Assembly: GCA_945903605.1 (NCBI GenBank)
Contig: CAMDOH010000001.1
Span: 46,301-110,300 of the forward strand
Source: Akkermansia muciniphila
GTDB lineage: Bacteria > Verrucomicrobiota > Verrucomicrobiia > Limisphaerales > UBA1100
DNA: 64,000 nucleotides
Reading direction: 5' to 3'
Positions within the stretch are counted from its first letter, which is position 1. Every line of letters begins with the position of its first letter. This document shows positions 28,967 through 38,386 of this stretch, in pieces. The notes beneath the pieces were generated by a model. The model was not told the DNA's origin. It saw only the letters and a program-made list of their open reading frames with translations, and made no database searches. The translations under genes were made by a program, and so were the position numbers.

Positions 28967-30703
28967 TCACTTCTTCTCGTAGACAAGTCGGCCGCCCACG
29001 TAAGTCCGTAACACTTGCGTGCCGACAATTTCGGATTCGGGGCAAGTGAGCAGATTGCGATCGATCACGATCAGATCGGCGAGTTTGCCGGCAACGATGG
29101 ATCCCAACTCCGTTTCGCGGAATAGGAGGTGAGCATTGTTGATCGTGTAAAAGCGAATTGATTGCTCGCGCGATATCGCTTCTTCGGGATGAAGTTGTCC
29201 ATCGAACCATTTCGCCCTTCGACTGATCGCCGTGGCCATTCCAAGGAACGGATTGTACGGATTATTGGCGCGGAACGACCCAATCTTCTGCATGTGATCG
29301 GAGCCGCCACCGACGATGACCCCGGCGCTGAAACAACTTTTGAGCGGTTGAAAATAGCGCAGTCGCGCGTCGCCAAATTGTTTCATCAATGTGCGGGTGT
29401 CTTGAAACAGCCATGCGGGCTGGATGTCCGCAACCGCGCCCAGCTTGGCCATTCTCGCGATCGCCTCCGCGCTCATGAAATTGCAGTGAGTGATGCACGG
29501 GCGAGTGGCGCCGATGGGAAGTTCCTTCGCCACGGTTTCATAGGCGTCGAGCAGTGCGTGCACGGCTCCATCACCCACGGTGTGCGCGGTGAATTGCAAT
29601 CCGCTTTCCACTGCAGTGCGAACCATGGGCAGCAATCGATCGGGTGGGATGAAAAGGACGCCGCGATAGTTGGGATCGGAGATGCCGTACATTTCGCTCT
29701 TTCCCCACGGCTCACGCATGTAAGCGCTGCCGGTCAACATTCCGCCGTCGAGATAGGTTTTGATGCCGACGATGCGCAGCCACGGATCTTTCTCCTTGAA
29801 CAAGGGGTCGTTTGCCACGGCACGGATCGAGTCCTGAATCTTCGCCATCGGGCCGAGGTTGCTGATGCCTTGCGAGAACGCCACGCGCACAGTGAGTTGG
29901 TTTGTGGCACGCAACTTCTTGAACAATTCGATGCCGCTGTTGCTGGCGTCGCGATCTGCGATGGTCGTCAGGCCGACGGAATTATAGTCATGCAACAAGT
30001 CGCGCAGGCTGTCTTGCCGCTGTTGTGCGCTGGCGTTGCGACTGGGAGAACTGGATTTCACAAACCGCGAACAGTTTCGCAGCACGCCCGTCGGTTCACC
30101 GGTTTTCGGATCCTTCTCGATGAATCCTGTGCCGCCATCGGTCACTTTGAAATCTCGATCAATGCCGCTGAGCTTCAGCGCGAGGCTGCTGAGTGCGGCA
30201 TCGGGTCCTGTGCGGAACATCACCGGATGTTTGGGTGCGGCGGCATCCATCTCCGCGCGCGTGGGATACCGCTGTTCGCGCAGTCGAGTGATGAAGACTT
30301 GCGAGAGGAGTATCCATTGGCCTTCGGGCAAGGTGCGGGCGCGAGCGCGGATGTAGTCCAGTACATCGGCGATGGATTCCATCGTCGGTATCGGGTGATC
30401 GAACTCGTGCAACGCCGCACCGGTCGGGTGCGTGTGCGAATCCATCAATCCAGGCAAAAGCATTTTGCCGGAGAGATCGACCACGATCGTGCGTTCGCCA
30501 CGGAGCTTGAGTACTTGGGCATCTGTGCCGACGGCCACAATGCGGTCGCCGGTGATGGCGACGGCTTCACGAATGGAGAATTGCTTGTCCACCGTCACCA
30601 CTTTCCCGTGGTGCAGAATGATGTCCGCATGAGGTTGGGCGCTGGCAACGGCCAATGCAAATAGGATGCTGACAATCACTCCACGATGGGCTTTAAGGAT
30701 CAT
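28967..30703 (-). CDS. secreted amidohydrolase-family metallohydrolase (YtcJ-like, Amidohydro_3)
   Basis: Signal peptide MILKAHRGVIVSILFALAVASAQP. PGLMDSHTHP metal-binding motif and GSDH near the C-terminus. Confidence 0.85.
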   Translation of the reverse strand: MILKAHRGVIVSILFALAVASAQPHADIILHHGKVVTVDKQFSIREAVAITGDRIVAVGTDAQVLKLRGERTIVVDLSGKMLLPGLMDSHTHPTGAALHEFDHPIPTMESIADVLDYIRARARTLPEGQWILLSQVFITRLREQRYPTRAEMDAAAPKHPVMFRTGPDAALSSLALKLSGIDRDFKVTDGGTGFIEKDPKTGEPTGVLRNCSRFVKSSSPSRNASAQQRQDSLRDLLHDYNSVGLTTIADRDASNSGIELFKKLRATNQLTVRVAFSQGISNLGPMAKIQDSIRAVANDPLFKEKDPWLRIVGIKTYLDGGMLTGSAYMREPWGKSEMYGISDPNYRGVLFIPPDRLLPMVRTAVESGLQFTAHTVGDGAVHALLDAYETVAKELPIGATRPCITHCNFMSAEAIARMAKLGAVADIQPAWLFQDTRTLMKQFGDARLRYFQPLKSCFSAGVIVGGGSDHMQKIGSFRANNPYNPFLGMATAISRRAKWFDGQLHPEEAISREQSIRFYTINNAHLLFRETELGSIVAGKLADLIVIDRNLLTCPESEIVGTQVLRTYVGGRLVYEKK

Positions 30704-30847
30704 GATTGGATTATTGCACGATGCAGGGTGAATTCCATCAGAAACCTGCAATGCCATTGATGAACTGTGTATCAATAAAATACACAAAACTTTGCTTGAC
30801 TTTAGGCGCTTATTTTTTGATTGTGCTGACAACCAAACCTGTTTTTT

Positions 30848-31189
30848 ATGAGCATAACAAAGCGAGAAATCGTTTTAGACATCGCCAATCAACTCACTTC
30901 GGCGTCCAAAATTAATCCCGAAGTTTCCAAGTTGACCCAAGCGGAGATTATGTCAGTCGTCCAAGCGACGTTGGACGCGATTACTGAGGCATTGGCTCGG
31001 GGCGAAACGGTGGAGTTGCGAGAGTTTGGTGTTTTCAAAGTGGTCACCCGAAAGGCTCGCGTGGGACGAAATCCCAAGCAGCCGGCAATCGATGTCGTGA
31101 TCCCCGATCGATCAGGCGTCAAATTCAAGTCTGGCAAGGTCATGCGCGCCAAAGTCTTGAAATTGCCTCCCAAAATCGGAGCCGAGTAA
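30848..31189 (+). CDS. HU/IHF-family DNA-binding protein
   Basis: GETVELREFGVFKVVTRKARVGRNPKQP...VKFKSGK (beta-arm motif). Confidence 0.9.
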   Translation: MSITKREIVLDIANQLTSASKINPEVSKLTQAEIMSVVQATLDAITEALARGETVELREFGVFKVVTRKARVGRNPKQPAIDVVIPDRSGVKFKSGKVMRAKVLKLPPKIGAE

Positions 31190-31235
31190 AAAGCTCGCTT
31201 CCACGCGACGCTGTCTTCTATTAGTTTCCACATCG

Positions 31236-32495
31236 ATGGAACGATTACCTGGGTTTCGGGATTTTTTTCCTGAGCCACTTCCCAATGCCGAAAGTTGGAG
31301 TGCCGACCTTCGCAACCACATTTTCGATGCGTGGCGCAGCGCGGCACACCGTTACGGATTCCGGGAGTACGATGGCCCTCCGCTGGAGCCGCTGGATCTT
31401 TTCACGCTGAAAAGCGGGGATGAGATCGTCGGCCAGCTTTTTAATTTCACGGATAAAGGCGAGCGCGCCGTGGCCATGCGGCCAGAGATGACCCCGACGC
31501 TTGCCCGGATGATTGCCGCCAGCGAACGTACTTACAAAAAACCGATCAAGTGGTTCTCCATCCCCCAGCTTTTTCGTTACGAGAAGCAGCAGAAAGGGCG
31601 CCTGCGCGAGCATTTCCAGCTCAACGCCGACATTATTGGCGAGGCTGATATCGCCGCCGAAGCCGAGTTGATATCCCTGCTCATTGATTCGCTTCGCGCC
31701 CTCGGTCTCACGAGTGAGGATTTTGTCATTCGACTTTCCAGCCGGAATGCGTGGCACAGTTTTTTCACCGACCGCTGCAAAGATGAATCCAAAGCGCCAG
31801 ATTTCTATCAAGCCGTGGACAAGCTGGAACGCGAGCAACCCGATGTCACCGCACAAAAGCTCGCGCTGCTCGGGATCGCGATTGAAGATGTGAACCAATT
31901 TATCGCCGCTGGCGCGCCCACGGCCGAGCTGCAGTCCGTTCTCGATAATTTGGCAGCGCGCGGGTTGAGCGATTTTGTGCGCGTGGATTATGGAGTCATC
32001 CGTGGTCTTGCATATTACACGGGAATTGTGTTCGAGGCATTCGACAAGAAAGGCGAATTCCGCGCCATCGCTGGCGGTGGCCGTTACAACAACCTCGTCA
32101 AACTCATTTCCGGCGGCAAGGTGGATCTGCCTGCGCTTGGATTCGGCATGGGAGACGTGGTGCTGGCCGAGTTGCTCAAGGCGCGCGGATTAGTGCCAAA
32201 GTTTCATGCCAATCTTCATGCTTATGTTCTGATCGAAGATGAATCGTTCCGGAGCGATTCGTTGCGCCTCGTGCAACAGCTTCGTGATGCCGGTCGCGCT
32301 ATTGAGTTTTCCATCACCGCAACGAAATCGGACCGGCAATTCAAGCGTGCGATCGAGTTGAGCGCGAAATTTGTCGTCCAGTTACAGAAGGGAGCCGATG
32401 GCACCCTTGCGGCCAAGCTCAAGAATTTGAAGTCTCGCGAAGAAAAAATCGTCGCGCTGGCCGAAGTTTCATCACATCTGGAATCAACAATCTGA
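31236..32495 (+). CDS. hisS: histidine--tRNA ligase
   Basis: LPGFRDFFPE, MRPEMTPTLARM, and FRYEKQQKGRLREHFQLNADIIG (class II motif 2), plus a C-terminal anticodon-binding domain. Confidence 0.9.
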   Translation: MERLPGFRDFFPEPLPNAESWSADLRNHIFDAWRSAAHRYGFREYDGPPLEPLDLFTLKSGDEIVGQLFNFTDKGERAVAMRPEMTPTLARMIAASERTYKKPIKWFSIPQLFRYEKQQKGRLREHFQLNADIIGEADIAAEAELISLLIDSLRALGLTSEDFVIRLSSRNAWHSFFTDRCKDESKAPDFYQAVDKLEREQPDVTAQKLALLGIAIEDVNQFIAAGAPTAELQSVLDNLAARGLSDFVRVDYGVIRGLAYYTGIVFEAFDKKGEFRAIAGGGRYNNLVKLISGGKVDLPALGFGMGDVVLAELLKARGLVPKFHANLHAYVLIEDESFRSDSLRLVQQLRDAGRAIEFSITATKSDRQFKRAIELSAKFVVQLQKGADGTLAAKLKNLKSREEKIVALAEVSSHLESTI

Positions 32496-32496
32496 C

Positions 32497-34026
32497 ATGC
32501 GCACTCTTCTCATCGGCATTGATAGTGGCACGCAATCGACCAAGGCACTCGTGATCGATGCGAAGACCGGCAGAGTACTTGGCAGTGGACAGGTCGCCTA
32601 CTCGCTAATTCCAAACCTGCCCTCCGGCGCAAAGGAGCAGCACCCGCATACATGGCGCGAGGCCACAACCAAGGCCATTCAGTCTGCACTGAAACAAGCG
32701 AAGGCCAAGGCGGGAGAAATCGTTGCAATGGGTGTGAGCGGTCAGCAGCACGGCTTTGTGCCATTGGATAAACACGGCGAGGTCATACGGCCAGCCAAGC
32801 TTTGGTGCGATACATCGACGGCGAAAGAGTGCGATGAAATCACAGCCCAGCTCGGCGGCGCAAAAGCGACAATCAAAGCGATTGGAAATGCAGTGCTGCC
32901 TGGATTCACTGCCTCAAAAATTCTCTGGCTGAAAAAGCACGAGCCAAAGAATTACGCGCGCCTTGCCACTGTGCTGTTGCCTCACGACTACCTGAACTTT
33001 TGGCTCACCGGCGAAAAGGTGATGGAATTCGGCGACGCGTCAGGCACCGCGCTGCTCGATATCCGCAGGCGCAAGTGGGCCAAGGCCGCGATCCATGCGA
33101 TCGATGCCAATCTTGAAGACAAGCTGCCACCGCTGATTTCCAGCGATCAACCTGTGGGAACATTGCAGGTCGCCACGGCCAATGAACTGGGGTTGAACCC
33201 AAATGTATTGGTCAGTGCGGGGGGTGGCGACAATATGATGGGCGCCATCGGAACTGGAAACACGAGGCAAGGAATTGTGACGGCCAGTTTTGGTACGAGT
33301 GGCACGATTTACGCCTGCAGCCAATCGCCGGTGGTGGATCGGCAGGGCGAGATCGCCGCCTTTTGTGACTCGACCAATCGCTGGCTCCCGCTTCTCTGCA
33401 CAATGAATGTGACTGTGGCCACCGAGATGGTTCGGCAAGATTTTGGCTGGTCGCACGAGAAGTTTGCTGCTGAAGCCGCCAAAGTAAAACCGGGTTCCGG
33501 CGGTTTATTGTTCCTGCCTTATCTCGATGGCGAGCGGACACCCAATATTCCCGATGGCACAGGCGTTTATTTTGGGGTCAACGCGCGCACTTTCGATGCG
33601 GGTCACTTCGCTCGCGCAACCCTCGAGGGAGTGACTCTAGGGATGAATTTCGGGTTGCGACGATTGGCGGAGCTGGGATTGAAGGCAAAACAGATTCGCG
33701 CCACCGGCGGCGGAGCCAAAAGTAAGGTCTGGCGGCAGGTGATGGCCGATGTTTTTGATGCAGAGGTCGTAACGTTGAAAGTCGCCGAAGGCGCAGCTTA
33801 TGGCGCGGCGTTGCAGGCTTTGTGGTGTTGGAAGCGTCATCGTGGCCAGAAAGTTGGCATTGAAGAGATTACAGACCAGTTTGTGACGCTCAACACCTCA
33901 GAAACAGCCGTGCCAAATGCGAAGGCATCTGCAATTTACCGTGAAGTTCAGGAGTTGCAGGATGGTGTTTCGATGTCGTTACGGAAGGTGTTTTCGACTC
34001 ATCGAACCCTCACCGCAGCGCTGTGA
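32497..34026 (+). CDS. xylB: FGGY-family sugar kinase, xylulokinase-like
   Basis: LIGIDSGTQSTKALV, GVSGQQHGFV, GGGAKSKVWRQVMADVF. Confidence 0.85.
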   Translation: MRTLLIGIDSGTQSTKALVIDAKTGRVLGSGQVAYSLIPNLPSGAKEQHPHTWREATTKAIQSALKQAKAKAGEIVAMGVSGQQHGFVPLDKHGEVIRPAKLWCDTSTAKECDEITAQLGGAKATIKAIGNAVLPGFTASKILWLKKHEPKNYARLATVLLPHDYLNFWLTGEKVMEFGDASGTALLDIRRRKWAKAAIHAIDANLEDKLPPLISSDQPVGTLQVATANELGLNPNVLVSAGGGDNMMGAIGTGNTRQGIVTASFGTSGTIYACSQSPVVDRQGEIAAFCDSTNRWLPLLCTMNVTVATEMVRQDFGWSHEKFAAEAAKVKPGSGGLLFLPYLDGERTPNIPDGTGVYFGVNARTFDAGHFARATLEGVTLGMNFGLRRLAELGLKAKQIRATGGGAKSKVWRQVMADVFDAEVVTLKVAEGAAYGAALQALWCWKRHRGQKVGIEEITDQFVTLNTSETAVPNAKASAIYREVQELQDGVSMSLRKVFSTHRTLTAAL

Positions 34027-34090
34027 ACAACTTTCTGTTCAATACAAAAAATAATCCAAGCACGCATTCCAAACAGTGTTAGATTTCCCA

Positions 34091-34441
34091 ATGCGACTTG
34101 TGCTCTCAACCCATCAGGTCACCCTCACCGACGCCATCCTCGAACATCTGCGAAGCCGTATTGAAAAGATCGAGCATTTCAATTCTCGTGTCCTTTCCGC
34201 AAGTGTCACGCTCGAGCGAGATCATCAACGATTTCCCGAAAAGAAATTTTCATGTGCGTTACGCCTGTCGCTACCCGGCCGGCATCTTTTCGCTCGAGAT
34301 CGCGAACGAGATCTTTATACCGCCATCGACATGGTGACAAAAAAGATTGAGCAGCAGATTCGAGAGCGTCACAGCCGCTTCAAGGCACGCAAACACAAGA
34401 TCGCCACCCGGCTGAAAATGGCTTTACGCGCAATTGGCTGA
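34091..34441 (+). CDS. hpf: ribosome hibernation-promoting factor (HPF/RaiA family)
   Basis: ALTDAILEHLRSRIEKIEHF...SVTLE...DLYTAIDMVTKKIEQQIRE. Confidence 0.85.
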   Translation: MRLVLSTHQVTLTDAILEHLRSRIEKIEHFNSRVLSASVTLERDHQRFPEKKFSCALRLSLPGRHLFARDRERDLYTAIDMVTKKIEQQIRERHSRFKARKHKIATRLKMALRAIG

Positions 34442-34504
34442 ACGCACTGTTGCTTTCCGTCCTCTGATTTCATCCAATCAGCCAGCCCAATCGAATTGGG
34501 TTGA

Positions 34505-35767
34505 ATGATTCTCCGCGCCCGAATTGTCGTTCCCGTTTCAACGCCGTTGATTGAAAACGGCGCTCTTGTGATTGATGGCGGCCGCATCATCGCAGTCGCT
34601 CCTTGGGCAGAAATCGCCGGTCGTTTCAAAGGCACCATCTGCGACTTGGGCGAAGTCATCCTGTTACCCGGTCTCGTAAACGCCCATTGTCACCTCGACT
34701 ACACAAATCTTGCCGGAGAGATCGGCACAACCTCTTCCTTCATCGATTGGATCAAGAGCATCACCACGCTCAAGATGGGAATGGATCGCGCTGATTATAT
34801 GGCGTCATGGTCGCGAGGCGCGCAAATGCTCCTCCGCACGGGCACAACCACCGTGGCCGACATCGAGGCTGTGCCGGAGTTGTTGCCCGAAGCTTGGCAG
34901 TCCACACCGCTCCGCATCTATTCCTTTCTTGAAATGACTGGCATCAAAAGTCGGCGTGAACCGGAGCGAATTCTTGACGAAGCCTGCTCCAAGATTGAGT
35001 CACTCCGTCCTTCACGCAATCAAATGGGTCTGTCACCTCACGCATCTTATTCGACCCAGTTCGAGTTGCTCCTGCTCAGTGGCGTTCGTGCGCGTCAACA
35101 ATCACTTCGACTTGCCACACACGTTGCCGAGTCGGCTGAAGAATTCGAAATGTTTTTTCACAAGCGCGGATCGATGTTCGATTTTCTACTGGCGAACAAC
35201 CGTGTGATGGACGATTGCGGAGGCATCACGCCGGTGGGACATCTTGAACGAGCTGGAATTCTCGGGAAAAACCTCATCGCTGTTCACGCGAATTATCTTC
35301 ACGAGAAGGATGCGGAGCGGCTCGCGCAATCGGGGTCACACATCGTTCATTGCCCACGCAGCCATACTTTCTTTCGGCATCGGCCGTTTCCATTTCTCGA
35401 ATTGAAAACTGCTGGAACCAATATCTGCCTCGGCACCGACAGCCTCGCCTCAGTGGACAAGCTGCGCGGTCAGGATATCCAGTTGAACATGTTCGAGGAG
35501 ATGAGCGCGTTTGCGAAGTCGAACCCCAGTGTTTCGCCGGACACAATTTTGAAGTTGGCGACCATGAACGGTGCGCTCGCGCTTGGAATGAAAGGAGCAG
35601 TGGGAGAACTCACGATTGGAGCCTGTGCCGACATCATTGCCATCCCCTATTCCGGAGGTATCGCCGATTCCCACGAAGCCATCATTTCCCACAGCGGCGA
35701 TGTGGCCGCCTCGATGATTGACGGTCAATGGGCACTCCGGCCAGAGTCGCTCTCCGCAAACGAATGA
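34505..35767 (+). CDS. amidohydrolase-superfamily protein (ATZ/TRZ chlorohydrolase/deaminase-like)
   Basis: LLPGLVNAHCHLDYT, HVAES, VHCPRS, GTDS metal-ligand pattern. Confidence 0.8.
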   Translation: MILRARIVVPVSTPLIENGALVIDGGRIIAVAPWAEIAGRFKGTICDLGEVILLPGLVNAHCHLDYTNLAGEIGTTSSFIDWIKSITTLKMGMDRADYMASWSRGAQMLLRTGTTTVADIEAVPELLPEAWQSTPLRIYSFLEMTGIKSRREPERILDEACSKIESLRPSRNQMGLSPHASYSTQFELLLLSGVRARQQSLRLATHVAESAEEFEMFFHKRGSMFDFLLANNRVMDDCGGITPVGHLERAGILGKNLIAVHANYLHEKDAERLAQSGSHIVHCPRSHTFFRHRPFPFLELKTAGTNICLGTDSLASVDKLRGQDIQLNMFEEMSAFAKSNPSVSPDTILKLATMNGALALGMKGAVGELTIGACADIIAIPYSGGIADSHEAIISHSGDVAASMIDGQWALRPESLSANE

Positions 35768-36963
35768 GCCGAATCGACGAAGAGTTGCATGACGAATTGG
35801 AATCCCTTCGTACGAAGGGTTTGTTTCGACAACTGCGCCGCGTCGATTCTCCACAGTCGCCCCGACTTGAGATCGCTGGCCACGCCTTCCTGAATTTCTC
35901 ATCGAACGATTATCTCGGGCTGGCCAATCATTCGGTGCTGAAACAAGCCGCCATCAAAGCCATCGAAAAGTTTGGCACGGGCGCAGGCGCATCGCGGCTC
36001 GTTTGCGGTTCACTCGCGCCACATCACGAATTGGAGGAAGTGCTGGCCGAATTCAAAGGCGTCGAAGCTGCACTCTGTTTCTCGACTGGTTACGCCGCAG
36101 CAATCGGCGCCATCACTGCACTGACAGGCAAAGGCGACATTCTCATTCTCGATAAACTCGTCCATGCAAGTATCGTTGATGCTGCTCATCTCAGTGGCGC
36201 GACGCTGAGAATCTTCGCTCACAACAATCTCGAGAGTCTTGAGAAGAAACTTCAATGGGCCGTCGCGCACACGAAGGAATCCGCAAACCGCAAAGCACGC
36301 GTGTTGATTGTCACCGAGAGCCTTTTCTCGATGGATGGAGATCTCGCGCCCCTTCGCAATCTTGTCGACTTGAAAGACAAATATGGCGCGTGGTTGATGG
36401 TCGATGAAGCTCATGCCACCGGCCTGTACGGCGAAATGCGCCGTGGATTGGCTGAGGAACTTGGCGTTACCAATCGCATCGAAATCCAGATGGGCACGCT
36501 GGGCAAAGCGCTGGGTTCTGCGGGCGGTTACATCGCCGGCTCTCGCCAGTTGATCGATCTATTGATCAATCGCGCGCGTAGTTTTATTTTTTCAACCGCG
36601 CCGGTTCCAGCGGCAGCCGCAGCGGCGACTGCCGCCATCGCTGTTGTGCGATCCGTCGAAGGAGAAAAGTTGCGACAACGATTATGGACAGTGGTGGAGC
36701 AGATCAAACGCGAGGTGGTTGGCGCAGGCTACGTGCTGCCGTCCGTGCGGAGCGCAATCATCCCACTCATTCTGGGCAACGAGGAAAAGGCATCGGCCGG
36801 CGCTGAATTATTGCGCGAGCGAGGTCTCTATGTTCCGGCCATCCGATTTCCAACCGTGCCGCGCGGCAAGGCCCGGTTGCGATTGACAGCTTCGGCAACA
36901 CACAGCGCAGCGGATATCGTTGAACTCGGCGCTGCACTGGCAGAATTGAAGCGGCGGAATTGA
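35764..36963 (+). CDS. bioF: 8-amino-7-oxononanoate synthase
   Basis: FSSNDYLGLA, SMDGD, and TLGKALGSAGG (PLP lysine). ATGA overlap with the upstream amidohydrolase. Confidence 0.9.
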   Translation: MSRIDEELHDELESLRTKGLFRQLRRVDSPQSPRLEIAGHAFLNFSSNDYLGLANHSVLKQAAIKAIEKFGTGAGASRLVCGSLAPHHELEEVLAEFKGVEAALCFSTGYAAAIGAITALTGKGDILILDKLVHASIVDAAHLSGATLRIFAHNNLESLEKKLQWAVAHTKESANRKARVLIVTESLFSMDGDLAPLRNLVDLKDKYGAWLMVDEAHATGLYGEMRRGLAEELGVTNRIEIQMGTLGKALGSAGGYIAGSRQLIDLLINRARSFIFSTAPVPAAAAAATAAIAVVRSVEGEKLRQRLWTVVEQIKREVVGAGYVLPSVRSAIIPLILGNEEKASAGAELLRERGLYVPAIRFPTVPRGKARLRLTASATHSAADIVELGAALAELKRRN

Positions 36964-36967
36964 TTCA

Positions 36968-38374
36968 ATGCACCCGCTCGCAAAACTAGATCATCGCCAC
37001 CTCTGGCATCCTTTCACGCAGATGCGCGACTGGCTCAAACACGAGCCGATCGTCATCAAATCAGGACAGGGCGCGGTGCTGCGCGATGTGAAGGGCAGGG
37101 AATATCTCGATGCCAATGCCTCGATCTGGACAAATCTACACGGCCACAATCATCCCAAAATCAACGCCGCGATTCGGCGACAATTGACTCTGATCGCGCA
37201 CAGTTCCGCACTCGGTTTCGCCAATGAGCCAGCCTCGCTCCTTGCCGCGCGATTGGTGAAAAAGGCCAGCCCACCGTCTCGACTCCAGCCGAAGTTGAAC
37301 AAAGTGTTTTTTTCAGACAATGGCTCCACCGCAATGGAAGTGGCGCTCAAGCTAGCCTACGAACATGCGCAAAGATCCGGGCGCAGCAATCGGCCCCGCT
37401 TTCTCACAATTGACGGTTCGTATCACGGCGACACGATGGGAGCCGCCAGTCTCGGGCAAATCGGTCTGTTCCAAAATAGTTTTGCCGGATTGCGGTTCAA
37501 GACGGACAAGGTGATGGCACCGTATTGTTATCGTTGTCCATTCAATCGCGCCAAGCCTGAACGTGCCGATGCGCGTGAGTATCGCAAGTGCAATTGGGAA
37601 TGTACGGACAAGGTCGAGCACGCATTCGCTGCGCAGAAAAACCGAGGCAATCCCTACGCAGCGATGGTCGTCGAGCCGTTGATTCAAGGTGCCGCTGGAA
37701 TGATCCCCCAACCGAAGGGCTGGTTGCGGCGCGTGTCTGCAATCGCTCGGAATCACGGCGCGCAGATTATTGCCGATGAAGTGATGACGGGCTTTGGCCG
37801 AACGGGAACGTTTTTTGCATCTCACTCCGAAGGTGTGCAGCCGGATTTTCTCTGCCTGGCAAAAGGGATCACCGGTGGTTATCTCCCCATGGCTGCAACG
37901 CTGACGACGCAGGCGGTGTTCGATTCATTTCTCGGCGAGTACGCTGAGTTCAAAACTTTTTTCCACGGTCACAGCTTCACAGGCAACCAACTCGGCGCAG
38001 CGGCTGCACTGGCGAGTCTGGACGTGCTGGAATCCTCGGCTTCAATCAAAGCGCGCCGCTCGCTTGAGCAATCGTTGCGCACGGAATTGGAATCACTTTG
38101 GCCATTGCAACACGTCGGCGATATCCGGCAAGTGGGATTGATTGCCGGCATCGAACTCGTCCGCAACTGGCGTAAACGCGAGCCATTTGATTTGCGCGAG
38201 CGTGTAGGGATCCGCGTTTGTGAAGCCATGGCTCGGCGCGGAGTGTTGACTCGTCCCATTGGAAACGTCGTCGTGCTCATGCCGCCATATTGCGCTTCGG
38301 CAACGCAAGTGCGCCGGATGGTCAGCGCCCTTCGCGAAGCCGTGTCGGAAGTGTTGTCCAATCCAGCGGCGTGA
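36968..38374 (+). CDS. bioA: adenosylmethionine-8-amino-7-oxononanoate aminotransferase
   Basis: LWHPFTQM, GSYHGDT, ADEVMTGFGRTG, and LCLAKGITGGYLP (PLP lysine). Confidence 0.9.
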   Translation: MHPLAKLDHRHLWHPFTQMRDWLKHEPIVIKSGQGAVLRDVKGREYLDANASIWTNLHGHNHPKINAAIRRQLTLIAHSSALGFANEPASLLAARLVKKASPPSRLQPKLNKVFFSDNGSTAMEVALKLAYEHAQRSGRSNRPRFLTIDGSYHGDTMGAASLGQIGLFQNSFAGLRFKTDKVMAPYCYRCPFNRAKPERADAREYRKCNWECTDKVEHAFAAQKNRGNPYAAMVVEPLIQGAAGMIPQPKGWLRRVSAIARNHGAQIIADEVMTGFGRTGTFFASHSEGVQPDFLCLAKGITGGYLPMAATLTTQAVFDSFLGEYAEFKTFFHGHSFTGNQLGAAAALASLDVLESSASIKARRSLEQSLRTELESLWPLQHVGDIRQVGLIAGIELVRNWRKREPFDLRERVGIRVCEAMARRGVLTRPIGNVVVLMPPYCASATQVRRMVSALREAVSEVLSNPAA

Positions 38375-38386
38375 TCGCGCGGCCAC

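Noticed and set aside
29162-30664. 500-aa + strand ORF.
   Set aside because: It lies antisense to the well-supported secreted amidohydrolase (28967..30703). Its composition (R/A/G/H-rich) is typical of a GC-rich reverse frame.
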